Source of the DNA: a virus
IMG/VR virus record: IMGVR_UViG_3300047330_000027
Coordinates: 3,862-67,861 of that record
Reading direction: 5' to 3' (one strand)
DNA: 64,000 bases
Part shown: positions 18,766-28,030 of the stretch, in pieces
Layout of the letters: each line of letters starts with the position of its first letter
How positions within the stretch are numbered: the stretch's first letter is position 1
Position numbers and translations under genes: made by a program
Notes under the pieces: generated by a model
What the model saw: only the letters and a program-made list of their open reading frames with translations
The model's database searches: none
What the model was told of the DNA's origin: nothing

Positions 18766-19107
18766 CTACTGCGAATAGTCCTCGTCAGGGGTGTGGAATA
18801 GGATTTTGTTGTCGATGATGGTGGCGACGCCGAGATGCTCACCGCTGCCGCTGTACAGGTCGACCTGTTGGACTCCGGCGCTTTGCTCCATGCTCTTCTT
18901 TTCCGCGAAGTCGCTTTCGCACCACGAGATATAGGCCACGGAGAGACCTATGCCGACGATCGATGCAAACAGCCACGCCAGGCTGAAGTGATGGTCGATT
19001 GCCCAGTTGAGGGTCAGCCAAATGCCGGTGAGCGAAGCGATGAAGAGCAGCAGGTCCAACAGAAAGTGTTTCGCTGTGCGGAGATAGATACTGCGTCTGA
19101 TCACCAT
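18766..19107 (-). CDS. two-TM membrane protein
   Basis: two hydrophobic helices; TAATG overlap. Confidence 0.6.
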   Translation of the reverse strand: MVIRRSIYLRTAKHFLLDLLLFIASLTGIWLTLNWAIDHHFSLAWLFASIVGIGLSVAYISWCESDFAEKKSMEQSAGVQQVDLYSGSGEHLGVATIIDNKILFHTPDEDYSQ

Positions 19108-19400
19108 TAGTTCACCATCACTTTCTTACCGCTGGCTGCGTCATTGAGCAGCGCGGCCGCCTGCTCAGTCTCTTGGAACTTCGCGATATTCTTCACTGCC
19201 TGCTCGATGCGATCGCCGGCGTCACCAGGTCCGTAGATGATCCACTGCATCAGCATCGCGGCTGACTCGTAGAACACGCGCCGGGTCGTCTCATAGCTTT
19301 GGTGGCTAGGGGCGAACGGTAGTTTGGCAGCGAAGTCCTGCCAAGCCATATCGATCGGCTGGATCAGCTTCGCGGCTGCTTCGTCTTCCATGCGGCTCAT
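19107..19400 (-). CDS. hypothetical protein
   Basis: ATGA-coupled; ETTRRVFYESA motif. Confidence 0.65.
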   Translation of the reverse strand: MSRMEDEAAAKLIQPIDMAWQDFAAKLPFAPSHQSYETTRRVFYESAAMLMQWIIYGPGDAGDRIEQAVKNIAKFQETEQAAALLNDAASGKKVMVN

Positions 19401-19774
19401 GGCTTGGGTTCCTGCGGCTCGATGCCGACGTGCCGATTCAATAGCTCGGGCACAGAGGGCGGTTGTGGTCGGCGGGCGCCTTCGGGTATGCCGAGCGACT
19501 GAGTATGGTCCTGCGCCTGGTCGTCATCGCCTTCGCACAGATGCACACTGCCACTATGCAGATGAGCATGCCCGATGCCGCTGATCTCCGCAACCGGCTT
19601 ACCGCGCAGCTTGATGATCAACTGATCATCGTCCTCTCTCTGGGTCGTCTCGTAGGTCCAGTCACTGACCTTTGGCAGATAGTGCAGCGTTGACATCACC
19701 GTCGTTAGCACCAGAGCCATCGTGTGCGGCGTCAGGATCGCTCCGTTGAGGCTGAGCCTGTAGATGGCGCTCAT
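19397..19774 (-). CDS. hypothetical protein
   Basis: ATGA-coupled chain. Confidence 0.6.
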   Translation of the reverse strand: MSAIYRLSLNGAILTPHTMALVLTTVMSTLHYLPKVSDWTYETTQREDDDQLIIKLRGKPVAEISGIGHAHLHSGSVHLCEGDDDQAQDHTQSLGIPEGARRPQPPSVPELLNRHVGIEPQEPKP

Positions 19775-20088
19775 AGCTTCACGGTCCGGGCGATGGATTC
19801 GTCGATCATGCCCTGCTGAAACGCCGCGTATTCGGCCTTGAGCGCAAGCAACACTTCAGCAGCCATGACTGCCATGTTAATGGCCTCCGCCTTATCTTCT
19901 GGCCCATTCAGCACCAAGTATCCCGACACTGCCAGCGCGTAGCCAGCTCCGTTGAAGAAGATCATTCGCAGCCACGCGATAAATTCAGGCGCAAACGCGC
20001 AGCCTTCATCAATCATCTGCGCGCAGCAGATTTGCCACGCATCTTGTATCGAGCGGGGCAGCTCGTGTTCGCTCATCACGAATTCCAT
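19771..20088 (-). CDS. hypothetical protein
   Basis: GGAGGCAAC SD; LRMIFFNGA resembles the motif in the 19107-19400 product. Confidence 0.6.
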   Translation of the reverse strand: MEFVMSEHELPRSIQDAWQICCAQMIDEGCAFAPEFIAWLRMIFFNGAGYALAVSGYLVLNGPEDKAEAINMAVMAAEVLLALKAEYAAFQQGMIDESIARTVKL

Positions 20089-20364
20089 CTAGTTGCCTCC
20101 TGGCCGGGTTGCGGCCATGCTGTCGTTGATTCCCTTGAATCGCCTTGCGAGCTGCTGCGCGCTGACCTTGATCGCCTCTTCAAGCGCATTCATCCCGGCA
20201 TAATCGCGGTTCTGTAGTTGCTGGAACACGAATCCCATGCCCATCAGCAGGCACCGCTCCATGGCGATGCCTGAGAGTGAGCGCCGATTGACGCCGATAA
20301 GCTTGATCGCGTGGTCCGCGAAGGCCTCAAGCGCCTCGGCTGGCGGTGGCACGGCCGGTTTCAT
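20089..20364 (-). CDS. hypothetical protein
   Basis: ATGA-coupled. Confidence 0.6.
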   Translation of the reverse strand: MKPAVPPPAEALEAFADHAIKLIGVNRRSLSGIAMERCLLMGMGFVFQQLQNRDYAGMNALEEAIKVSAQQLARRFKGINDSMAATRPGGN

Positions 20365-20780
20365 TTGTGGCCGGCAGTCGGTTTCGCGATGGTGCGGTCC
20401 TCAGGGTCGCGGCAGTCGTGGCCTTCCCGAAACGGCGTCGAGGTTTCGTTAAGGCCTCTAAATTTGGCCGTACTAACTCCAAGTGCGGTCTTCAAAGTCT
20501 CGCTCGCATACCCTTCCAACACATCGTCTGGCAGGTTTGTCAACATCAGCGATATTGTGCGGCCCTGGTGCTCTGCGCAGCCGATACCGAATGGCATGAG
20601 GTGAATCTCTTCGTTCTCGATCAACGAACAAGACACCCCGATGAATGAATGGACGTCGTACTTTTTGAGGATGGCTACAATCTCTTCGCGCATCTGCTCG
20701 CCGCGCTCGATTGCCTGTTGTGCGGTGGGTAGAATTCCGGCAGAAACGGGCGTTCCTGCGGCTTCGGCTGCATTGCTCAT
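20361..20780 (-). CDS. hypothetical protein
   Basis: CTGGAGGCAAT-ATG start. Confidence 0.65.
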   Translation of the reverse strand: MSNAAEAAGTPVSAGILPTAQQAIERGEQMREEIVAILKKYDVHSFIGVSCSLIENEEIHLMPFGIGCAEHQGRTISLMLTNLPDDVLEGYASETLKTALGVSTAKFRGLNETSTPFREGHDCRDPEDRTIAKPTAGHK

Positions 20781-20900
20781 ATTGCCTCCAGTTTGGTGAT
20801 GTGAGCTTCCAGACTCACAGGTTTTGGTCGAAAACCACGCGCTAGGAGCCTCGTGGTGCAATCCGTAAGACCCCGGTGGGCCTACGGTACCTCCGAATCG

Positions 20901-21605
20901 TCAAACGCTCGCTGCTAGCCCATCTGCGCGCGCTGACTCCCACAATGCTCTCAGCTTTGCACTCATGTCCCGCTGCACATTCTGGGGATCACTGTTGAAC
21001 GGCCAATCCACTCCGCGGTAGAAGAACGGGTGACCGTTTGCTAGCCAGCGTAAACCCTCGCGCAGCTTTCCGTCACCAGCAATTATCAACGCCTGTTCGA
21101 GCGCGGCCGGGATCTCGGGCGCCGGCCAGAGGCCTCCGCCCACCATCGCGCGCTTCTCTTCGTCCCAGGTCGAAGGCTTTGGGCAACCTTTCCAGTCAAT
21201 GCCGTGGCGTTTGAGCGCCGTCAGGAGCCAATCCATCTGCTTGGCCCACTCAACCGTGCGCTGGTATTCGAGTTTTTTCTCGACCGTCTTGAGCAGATCG
21301 AACGGCATCGGCCAATCACGATAGCGGCGCTCGCTTAGGCTGAATGCCTCGACTAGCAATGGGTAAGACAGGTGCTGCAGTGCGTCCGGGTAGACCACTA
21401 GATGCACCGGGACCACCGGTAGCTCGTGCAACGCCCGCAAACGCTGGTAAGCCCGCTGGATGGCCGCCCGGCGCTGGCGCATCGTCGCCTCCGCTGGACT
21501 CAATAGCTCGGCGTATGAGGTCGGGAGATGATGCGGCAGTAACAGCCCCGCTTCGTCGACGTCCCAGGTTCTTTCCGGATTGGACAACTCCACCAGTTCC
21601 CCCAT
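20901..21605 (-). CDS. putative replication accessory/helicase-loader (lambda P position)
   Basis: follows and overlaps the replication gene; AAGGAG SD; function inferred from position only. Confidence 0.5.
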   Translation of the reverse strand: MGELVELSNPERTWDVDEAGLLLPHHLPTSYAELLSPAEATMRQRRAAIQRAYQRLRALHELPVVPVHLVVYPDALQHLSYPLLVEAFSLSERRYRDWPMPFDLLKTVEKKLEYQRTVEWAKQMDWLLTALKRHGIDWKGCPKPSTWDEEKRAMVGGGLWPAPEIPAALEQALIIAGDGKLREGLRWLANGHPFFYRGVDWPFNSDPQNVQRDMSAKLRALWESARADGLAASV

Positions 21606-22665
21606 TGTTGCGCTCCTTCCAGATTTCCGGACTCTCTTTCCAAGTCCCATTTTCGAGCCAGCGATCCAGCCTGGCGATAAATCGATCTTCGCTCGCCGCC
21701 GACACATACACACCCCAGAGATCGAATAGGTTCGTGGCTGCCTGCTGCTGCGTCTGACTCCAGTGCTTCGCTCCCGCCTGGACTGCCTGGAGGAACATCC
21801 GCTCGGTAATCGCGAGTCGACCTGCCTTGCCGATTTTCTCTGCTTGGCCGAACAGATTTTGAAAGACGGAAGTGACGAAAATCCGGCTCGAAGAATCTGG
21901 ATTTACGGGAGTGTTTTGGAGCGGTGTTTTTGAAACAAAATCGTGATCAGAAAAATCGAAATCTTCATGTTCTCTGGGGGAGGATATTTCGGGCTGAATT
22001 TCTGCTGAAGTTTGGTGAGAATTTTCTGTGAGGTTTTCGCTGTCTCGCGCGTGCGTATTGGCTAAACTATCATCCGTAACCCCAGAGTATAAAGCTTTTG
22101 TTTTTAATATATTAAATAGGGTTTTAGTACTACTGTGCGCGCGCGAGGCGCCAGGCGAACCCATGCCCAAACGGGAAGGGGTTGGTGGGGAACCCATGCC
22201 GGATTGGGTAGGGGTTGAATCGGAACCCATGCCCAATCGGGGAGGGGTAAAGCCCTGCCCTTCCTGCTCTTGACCCCTGCCCGTATGGGTAGGGGTTGAC
22301 ACTGTACTACCCCTGCCCATTTCGGTAGGGGTTACATCTTCCTGACCCATGCCCATTTGGGTATGGGTATCAGGTCTAATTCTGGTCACGTCGAGGGCGA
22401 AAAAGTCGCCTTTCGGATGACCAATCTTTCCCACCCGTTTCAAGTACCCTGTGCGGATCAACTGCGCGAGGGCAGCTCTGGTCTGTTTCTGGGCAAAGCC
22501 AATCTCTGCCGCGATCTCTGAAACCCGCGCTTGTATAGCATTTTCCTCGGCATCAAGTCTATGTGCGAAGTAGCCGAGAACCGCCTTCTGATACCCAGGA
22601 TACGGATGGTCTTTCGTTGATTCGATGGTGGTTTTGTACGCCCAATGGCCATGCTTACTGCTCAT
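21316..22665 (-). CDS. replication initiator (lambda O-like), N-terminal winged HTH
   Basis: VSEIAAEIGFAQKQTRAALAQLIRTGYL HTH; internal iteron repeats; C-terminal DRFIARLDRWLENG. Confidence 0.75.
   Translation of the reverse strand: MSSKHGHWAYKTTIESTKDHPYPGYQKAVLGYFAHRLDAEENAIQARVSEIAAEIGFAQKQTRAALAQLIRTGYLKRVGKIGHPKGDFFALDVTRIRPDTHTQMGMGQEDVTPTEMGRGSTVSTPTHTGRGQEQEGQGFTPPRLGMGSDSTPTQSGMGSPPTPSRLGMGSPGASRAHSSTKTLFNILKTKALYSGVTDDSLANTHARDSENLTENSHQTSAEIQPEISSPREHEDFDFSDHDFVSKTPLQNTPVNPDSSSRIFVTSVFQNLFGQAEKIGKAGRLAITERMFLQAVQAGAKHWSQTQQQAATNLFDLWGVYVSAASEDRFIARLDRWLENGTWKESPEIWKERNNGGTGGVVQSGKNLGRRRSGAVTAASSPDLIRRAIESSGGDDAPAPGGHPAGLPAFAGVARATGGPGASSGLPGRTAAPVLPIASRGIQPKRAPLS
22085..22369. repeat. 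putative replication origin: six 26-bp quasi-palindromic iterons plus AT-rich unwinding element
   Basis: ACCC(A/C)TGCC-N6-GG(T/A/G)A(G/T)GGGT units starting at 22158, 22191, 22224, 22272, 22308, 22344; AT-rich tract with palindrome TTTAATATATTAAA at 22103-22116. Confidence 0.8.
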
Positions 22666-23027
22666 AGGACGTGACCCCACACAAATACCTCAAGTGGATC
22701 AGGGTGATGGGAAGGGTCGGGATCGAGACGGCATGGCTGCCGTCGGGTGTTCGCGGCCTTCCAGTTCCGCAAACGTGTTGTCATGGGCGCACAGGCCCGC
22801 GATCGTTCATCAGTGATCCTCAGCTCCTCAGCGGTACTCCGACCTCGATCTCACTGGCAACATGGGCTGAGGGCCATGCGCCAGTCTGTCTGCCTACTCG
22901 CGATCCTCAATCTTGTTTGCGCTGGCCGGCGCTACCGAGGACGGCTTTCAGATCAGAGACTTCACGATACACGCGAGCTGTTTTGCTCGCAAGGTGAGAA
23001 ATGTGGTTCTGTTGAATTGTTGGCATT

Positions 23028-23477
23028 TTACGGGAAATTCGGGTCAGAACAGGCCTCTAGGAGCCTCACCTTGCGATCGCTGGCAGCCCGGACGACCTTA
23101 GATACCACCGAAATCGTCCTGGCCACGCGCGCATCGACTGTAGCCCCAATCTGGGCCTCCAGAGTGTCTACCGTGACCCCCTGAAAGCGGTGCAGGCGGT
23201 TTGCCTTGACCGAGGGATTGCGCCATAAGGTGTCGCGACGCACCACGTAGTAACTGCGGCGCTGCTCGATCTGCGTGATGAGATTGGCCGCGAGCAGAAT
23301 GGGTATCGAGTCCTGAGCGTGCTGGATCCGCATGCGCATGCCGGCCGCGATGTGCTTGGCCGGGGCATACGCAATATCGAGTGAGTTTGCCTGAAGCGCC
23401 ATGTATAACAGTGTGCGGAAAGGTCTCGCGTCGACCGGCGCGCGATCCATGACGAGGTAAACCAGATCGTGCTTCAT
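23028..23477 (-). CDS. HTH DNA-binding protein
   Basis: AKHIAAGMRMRIQHAQDSIPILLAANLI HTH-like; first gene of the leftward arm. Confidence 0.6.
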   Translation of the reverse strand: MKHDLVYLVMDRAPVDARPFRTLLYMALQANSLDIAYAPAKHIAAGMRMRIQHAQDSIPILLAANLITQIEQRRSYYVVRRDTLWRNPSVKANRLHRFQGVTVDTLEAQIGATVDARVARTISVVSKVVRAASDRKVRLLEACSDPNFP

Positions 23478-23635
23478 CTGGTGACGATTGTAATCCGTGA
23501 AAATAATTTGTGTTGCGTTTGTGTCTCATGTGTGTCATTGTTATTTTGTCAGTCTGGAAGCTGACCCGAAAATGGAGGCACTCGAAGCCTAACCCCATTG
23601 CCCCGCCGACAAGGCGGGGCAAGGAGATAAAAAAG
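23478..23635. promoter_or_regulatory. divergent early control region
   Basis: AT-rich; candidate TTGTGT-17-TATTTT promoter (23519-23547); TGTGT repeats; CTGGAAG hairpin 23548-23565; perfect 10-bp hairpin 23598-23622. Confidence 0.55.
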
Positions 23636-23890
23636 ATGACGAAAACAGTACAACTCCCAGAAAGGTTATTCAAGGACGGAGAAATCCCGGTTTGGGTCAC
23701 CTACAGTCTCACCGATGAACACGCGCAAAGTAGCTATGGGCGCCCAGTGCTGGTTGGGCCTGACGGGACGGCATACGGCCCTGATGATCGTTTACCCAAC
23801 GGCGATTGGGCTGCCTTGGCTGTGCAACTGTCCTGTGACGGCATCGACGATCCTGAATATTTCACAGCTGTTAACAGGTTTGTCGGTTAG
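23636..23890 (+). CDS. hypothetical protein
   Basis: AAGGAG SD; LTDEHAQSSYGRPVLV motif. Confidence 0.7.
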   Translation: MTKTVQLPERLFKDGEIPVWVTYSLTDEHAQSSYGRPVLVGPDGTAYGPDDRLPNGDWAALAVQLSCDGIDDPEYFTAVNRFVG

Positions 23891-23892
23891 CC

Positions 23893-24156
23893 ATGAAACA
23901 GCAAACCATCGACGCCGGAAGGGAGATTGTAATGGGAAAGACATTCAAGGTGGGTACGAAGGTCTATTGCTTGCGCGAACACCCCGACGCCATCGGCGAA
24001 GTTATCCGCATCATGCCACGCGGTCTACAAATAGAGTGGACCGCACCACCATCCCCCACGCTGCCATTCGGCTGCATTAACCTAGAGCTTTGGGTTTACG
24101 CAGACCTACATCTTTTACGAGTAATCGGAGAGGAGCGCTTGCCGCATTCATCCTAG
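23893..24156 (+). CDS. hypothetical protein
   Basis: FKVGTKV SH3-like start; co-oriented. Confidence 0.55.
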   Translation: MKQQTIDAGREIVMGKTFKVGTKVYCLREHPDAIGEVIRIMPRGLQIEWTAPPSPTLPFGCINLELWVYADLHLLRVIGEERLPHSS

Positions 24157-24402
24157 ATACACTGGCGAAAAACCGGAACGCTGCCCAATACCTCTACCGC
24201 AATCAGATTGGATCGTACGCTCGCGTTCAGGTTATGGACCTGCTGGACGACATTCGCCGTAATTACCTGAAAGATGACACATACGCTCGCCAGTCGCGGG
24301 CATTGATGCTTCGCTAATCGCCAAGTCGCCGCGCTGCTCCTACAGCGCGCGGATCGTCGTAAGCTCCGCAACAATTTCATCAACCCAACCAGGAGGGAAA
24401 CA

Positions 24403-24543
24403 GTGCAGACGACACTCGAAGCGCTACGCACCATCTGGCGCCACCTTTTCACGCCGCGGTGCTGCTGCGGAAAGTGGGGCGAAGCGCCCTGCTCGCCCGA
24501 ATGCAACGAGGAAATGGCCCACCGTCAGGCTTGGTATGGCTGA
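24403..24543 (+). CDS. small Cys-containing hypothetical protein
   Basis: AGGAGG SD plus GTG; 46 aa. Confidence 0.45.
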   Translation: MQTTLEALRTIWRHLFTPRCCCGKWGEAPCSPECNEEMAHRQAWYG

Positions 24544-24619
24544 TCGTCAGGTCCGGTAGTTCAACCACCAGGCGCGTCTGGAAGCGCGCCTCTTCACCAC
24601 CACAGGAGGCAACAGGCAG

Positions 24620-24898
24620 ATGTACAGATCATTCTCTGGTCGCTTTTATCTTCAGCCGTCCGTCGAGACGCTGCTCAACGACATCCACTCCTTCTCTCAG
24701 CACTCGAAAGAGATGCTGGACTGCTCGCGGCTCCAGGCTAATTGCGGGAACCATTCGCTCGCGCACGCCTACGCAGTCATGGCCGGCAGCTCGGCCAGGT
24801 CCGCTGCGCATCTCGCGGAACAGGTTGAACGAGACTTCCCCGTCACCTATCTCTGTATGACCGTGGCCCACTCTCAACAGAAGACGGTGGCCGCGTGA
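24620..24898 (+). CDS. hypothetical protein
   Basis: GGAGGCAACA SD. Confidence 0.6.
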   Translation: MYRSFSGRFYLQPSVETLLNDIHSFSQHSKEMLDCSRLQANCGNHSLAHAYAVMAGSSARSAAHLAEQVERDFPVTYLCMTVAHSQQKTVAA

Positions 24899-25001
24899 GC
24901 CCGCGCGATCGCGAGGACATCGCGAATGCCGGATGGCTGCTGGTGATCATCGTCGTCACGCTGTTCTCGCTGTTGTTTCTGACCATGCCAGGAGGTCCGA
25001 G

Positions 25002-25142
25002 ATGAAGAACGCTCTCAAGGAATACGCCATCATGCTCGGGATCGGCCTGGTCTACCTGGCCGTGGTCGGTCTTCCTGCGGTGGCTGTGCTGCACGAGTCA
25101 CTGTTCAACCTCGCAAACCACTTTTCCGCATACCACTTCTAG
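25002..25142 (+). CDS. small TM protein
   Basis: AGGAGG SD; one hydrophobic helix. Confidence 0.5.
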   Translation: MKNALKEYAIMLGIGLVYLAVVGLPAVAVLHESLFNLANHFSAYHF

Positions 25143-25150
25143 GAGGCAGC

Positions 25151-25993
25151 ATGACACGTGTACTCGATCTGAAAACGCTTAAACTAAAAGTGGGCAGTCA
25201 CAATCCCTCATCGCATGAAATGTGCGTCATGGAAGCGGTTGCCTTTGTCGCCGGGGAGCCTTGGTCGGATTCGCCGGAATGCGCATCGCCTGTGATCGCA
25301 GCATTCCTGCGGTCTTATAACGACTCGGTGTCGGACGAAGTTCGCCAATCGCTGAAGCAGTACATCCCGCGATTAATTGGCACACGCGGCACTGATGCGC
25401 AGGAAGAAGCACGATCACTGATTGTTGCCGATTGGCTGGTACGCACGCATACCCCGGCATGGCTGCGGTTGGCTGGACTCACTCAGCAAGCAGAAGCGCT
25501 GTCATCTCTGCCGGAAATTACATCGATGGCGCAAATACCGTCGATCAAGCCAGCCATTGAAGCCGCTAGAACAGCCGCAAACGCCGCTGGGGCCGCCGCT
25601 CGGGACGCCGCAAACGCCGCCGCAAGCGCCGCTGGGGACGCCGCTGGGGACGCCGCTGGGGCCGCCGCTGGGGCCGCCGCTTGGGCCGCTTGGGCCGCCG
25701 CTGGGGACGCTGCTCGGGACGCTGCTGGGGCCGCTGCTTGGGACGCTGCTCTGGACGCTGCTCTGGCCGCTGCTCGGGACGCTGCTCTGGCCGCCGCTGG
25801 GGCCGCCGCTGGGGCCGCCGCTGGGGCCGCCGCTGGGGCCGCCGCTGGGGCCGCCGCTGGGGCCGCCGCTCGGGACGCTGCTTGGGACGCTGCTCTGGAC
25901 GCTGCTCGGGCTAAGTTGGATCCTACGGTCGCAGAACTCCAAGCCACGGTTCCAGCGTTGATTGAACGAATGCTCGCAGTAGGTGCTCAATGA
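25151..25993 (+). CDS. phage hypothetical protein with Ala-rich tetrapeptide repeats
   Basis: CVMEAVAFVAGEPWSDSPECASPVI N-domain; (AAxA/AAxD)n repeats. Confidence 0.8.
   Translation: MTRVLDLKTLKLKVGSHNPSSHEMCVMEAVAFVAGEPWSDSPECASPVIAAFLRSYNDSVSDEVRQSLKQYIPRLIGTRGTDAQEEARSLIVADWLVRTHTPAWLRLAGLTQQAEALSSLPEITSMAQIPSIKPAIEAARTAANAAGAAARDAANAAASAAGDAAGDAAGAAAGAAAWAAWAAAGDAARDAAGAAAWDAALDAALAAARDAALAAAGAAAGAAAGAAAGAAAGAAAGAAARDAAWDAALDAARAKLDPTVAELQATVPALIERMLAVGAQ
25583..25908 (+). repeat. 12-bp tandem coding repeat (GCCGCTGGGGCC and variants)
   Basis: directly visible array encoding AAGA/AARD/AAWD. Confidence 0.85.
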
Positions 25994-26039
25994 GCACAAC
26001 TTTTCCGGTCGAGATGCACTGCGGTTCCGGCGGTGACGA

Positions 26040-26225
26040 GTGAACGCGCGCTGGTCGAAGATCCACGCTGATCTTCTAGTGCGCATCCCTGCAACGGGGG
26101 AGATTGCGAGCTATGACGTCTACATCGACTACGACGCGCTGATCGACATGGCGCGTCGTGCGGTCACACGCAAGGGACAGCAGACGCGATATGGCGCGCT
26201 GCTGGTCAGGGTCACACGCAAGTAG
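26040..26225 (+). CDS. hypothetical protein
   Basis: 61-aa co-oriented ORF. Confidence 0.45.
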   Translation: MNARWSKIHADLLVRIPATGEIASYDVYIDYDALIDMARRAVTRKGQQTRYGALLVRVTRK

Positions 26226-26282
26226 CCTGCCCGAATGCTGGCGACTTCGGCAAAAGAAGACGCTAGGCGAAAGGACACACCT

Positions 26283-26477
26283 ATGATACAAACTGAATAC
26301 ATGGCCACTACAGCGAAAAAGAAAGCGCCCACGAAGAAGCAGCCAACCACTGTCTACCACGTCCGCCTTGCCCCCAAGGTGGAAGCGTTGATGGAAAAAG
26401 AAGCCCAGCACCGTCAGAAGGCAAAGGGTACACTGCTGCGAGAGATCATCGAGAACCACTACCTGCTCCCGAATTAG
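26283..26477 (+). CDS. ribbon-helix-helix-like regulator
   Basis: VYHVRLAPKVEALMEKEAQHRQKAKGTLLREIIENHY; AAGGA SD. Confidence 0.6.
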   Translation: MIQTEYMATTAKKKAPTKKQPTTVYHVRLAPKVEALMEKEAQHRQKAKGTLLREIIENHYLLPN

Positions 26478-26538
26478 AGAGCAGCCCTGTAACACACTGC
26501 GCGTCTGGAAGCGTGCAGCCACCTGGAGGCAACACATT

Positions 26539-27117
26539 ATGGCACTCGTACTCGCATTCCCAGCCACTCGGCTGGAGCCTGCTGAATATAAATCTCTCGA
26601 TCCCGTCTATTGCGCTCACTGCCATCAGGAGTGGGACGAAGACGACCACCGCGACGAATTCACCGAAGTCGACGGCGCGATCTACTGCAACGAAACCTGC
26701 CTGCGCATCGCGCGTCTCGAAGCGATCCGCACGGAAGCCAAGCATCGCCTCGCCACCGCGCTCGAAGAGCTGATCGCCCGCGCCTACTCGCTGTCCCGGG
26801 AATATGGAGAGGTCGATGAGGATGAGCACGCGCGACCGATCTCGATTCTTGAAGACGCCGCCGAGCACCTCGACGGATTCATTCACAACTATCCCACCGG
26901 CTATCGCGACGGCGGCATCATGCTCTCGGTCGTCGAGAAAGACAAGATCGAGCGCTCGCTGAAGGAATGCCTGGAGCGCGACTACCGCGAGCTGACCGCC
27001 AAACCGCACCTTGGGTACATGATTGCTCCGCGCATGGCACGTGCCGGCGTTTCTCTGATGATGCTCGACAACCAAACGCGCGAGAGCCAAGGGCAGGAAG
27101 CGAAATGGAGCCTGTGA
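26539..27117 (+). CDS. hypothetical protein with Cys motif
   Basis: GGAGGCAACA SD; CAHC...YCNETC. Confidence 0.7.
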   Translation: MALVLAFPATRLEPAEYKSLDPVYCAHCHQEWDEDDHRDEFTEVDGAIYCNETCLRIARLEAIRTEAKHRLATALEELIARAYSLSREYGEVDEDEHARPISILEDAAEHLDGFIHNYPTGYRDGGIMLSVVEKDKIERSLKECLERDYRELTAKPHLGYMIAPRMARAGVSLMMLDNQTRESQGQEAKWSL

Positions 27118-28019
27118 TGGGACTGACCGAAAACCTCGCACAATACCGGGAAATCAAAGCCGAGGCGCGAGACCGCCGCCAATTCCTCGGCGGAAGCGAC
27201 ATCGCGGCCGTGCTCGGCGTGAGCCGCTGGCAAACGCCGTATGGCCTTTACCACGAGAAGACGGCGCAGGGACCGCCGCAACTCGACCCCGAGAAAGAGA
27301 AGTTCTTCCGCCGGCGCAAGATGCTCGAACCCGTCATCATCGACATCGGGCGCGTGGAATACGGACTCGACATCATCCAGCGCAACCAGGTGCATGCCGA
27401 CCCGCAGTATGACTGGATGCGCGCCGAAATCGACTTCGAGTGGCGCGATGACGACGGCAGTATCCAGAATGCCGACGCCAAGAGCGCCAGCCCGTTCACT
27501 CGCGATAAATGGGGCATCGAGCAAGGCGATGACGAGATCCCGATGGAGTACACGGCGCAGTTTCTCTGGGGCCAGATGGTCACCGGTCGTGAGCTGACGC
27601 TGTGTGTCACCCTCATCGGCACCGACGACGCGCGTATTTATCGCGTGAAGCGGGACGATTCCTTGATCGCACACATGCGCTCCGAAGCCCTGAAGTTCTG
27701 GGAGCGCGTGCAGGAGCGCAGGCCGCCGCCGATCACCACGCTTGCCGATGCGCGGCTGGCTTTCCCCCGCGACGCTGGATCGACAGTTGTCGCGAATCCC
27801 GAGATATGCGAAGCCCTGCAATCGCTGGCGGAGCTGAATCTCGAAATCAAAACTGCCGAGATGAAGGCCGACGAGTTGAAAGCCAAGATCGAGGCACACA
27901 TGGGCACCGCAGCCTACCTGGTCGATGACCAGGGCGACAAGTTAGCAACCTGGAAGACGCAGCAGCGCGCAGCCTACTCGGTGCAAGCCGGCGAATCGCG
28001 CGTATTTAGAACCTACTAA
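27105..28019 (+). CDS. YqaJ-like viral recombinase (lambda-exonuclease fold)
   Basis: RRQFLGGSDIAAVLGVSRWQTPYGLYHEK motif; adjacent to recT. Confidence 0.88.
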   Translation: MEPVMGLTENLAQYREIKAEARDRRQFLGGSDIAAVLGVSRWQTPYGLYHEKTAQGPPQLDPEKEKFFRRRKMLEPVIIDIGRVEYGLDIIQRNQVHADPQYDWMRAEIDFEWRDDDGSIQNADAKSASPFTRDKWGIEQGDDEIPMEYTAQFLWGQMVTGRELTLCVTLIGTDDARIYRVKRDDSLIAHMRSEALKFWERVQERRPPPITTLADARLAFPRDAGSTVVANPEICEALQSLAELNLEIKTAEMKADELKAKIEAHMGTAAYLVDDQGDKLATWKTQQRAAYSVQAGESRVFRTY

Positions 28020-28030
28020 GGAGCCCCACG

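Noticed and set aside
22158-22369. Mini-CRISPR array
   Set aside because: Spacers are only 7-22 bp, repeats are degenerate and intragenic, and there are no cas genes; fits iterons
27945-27960. Additional CTGGAAG occurrences in coding regions (here and ~36149)
   Set aside because: Explained by Trp-Lys codons with weak or ambiguous stems; not counted as targets
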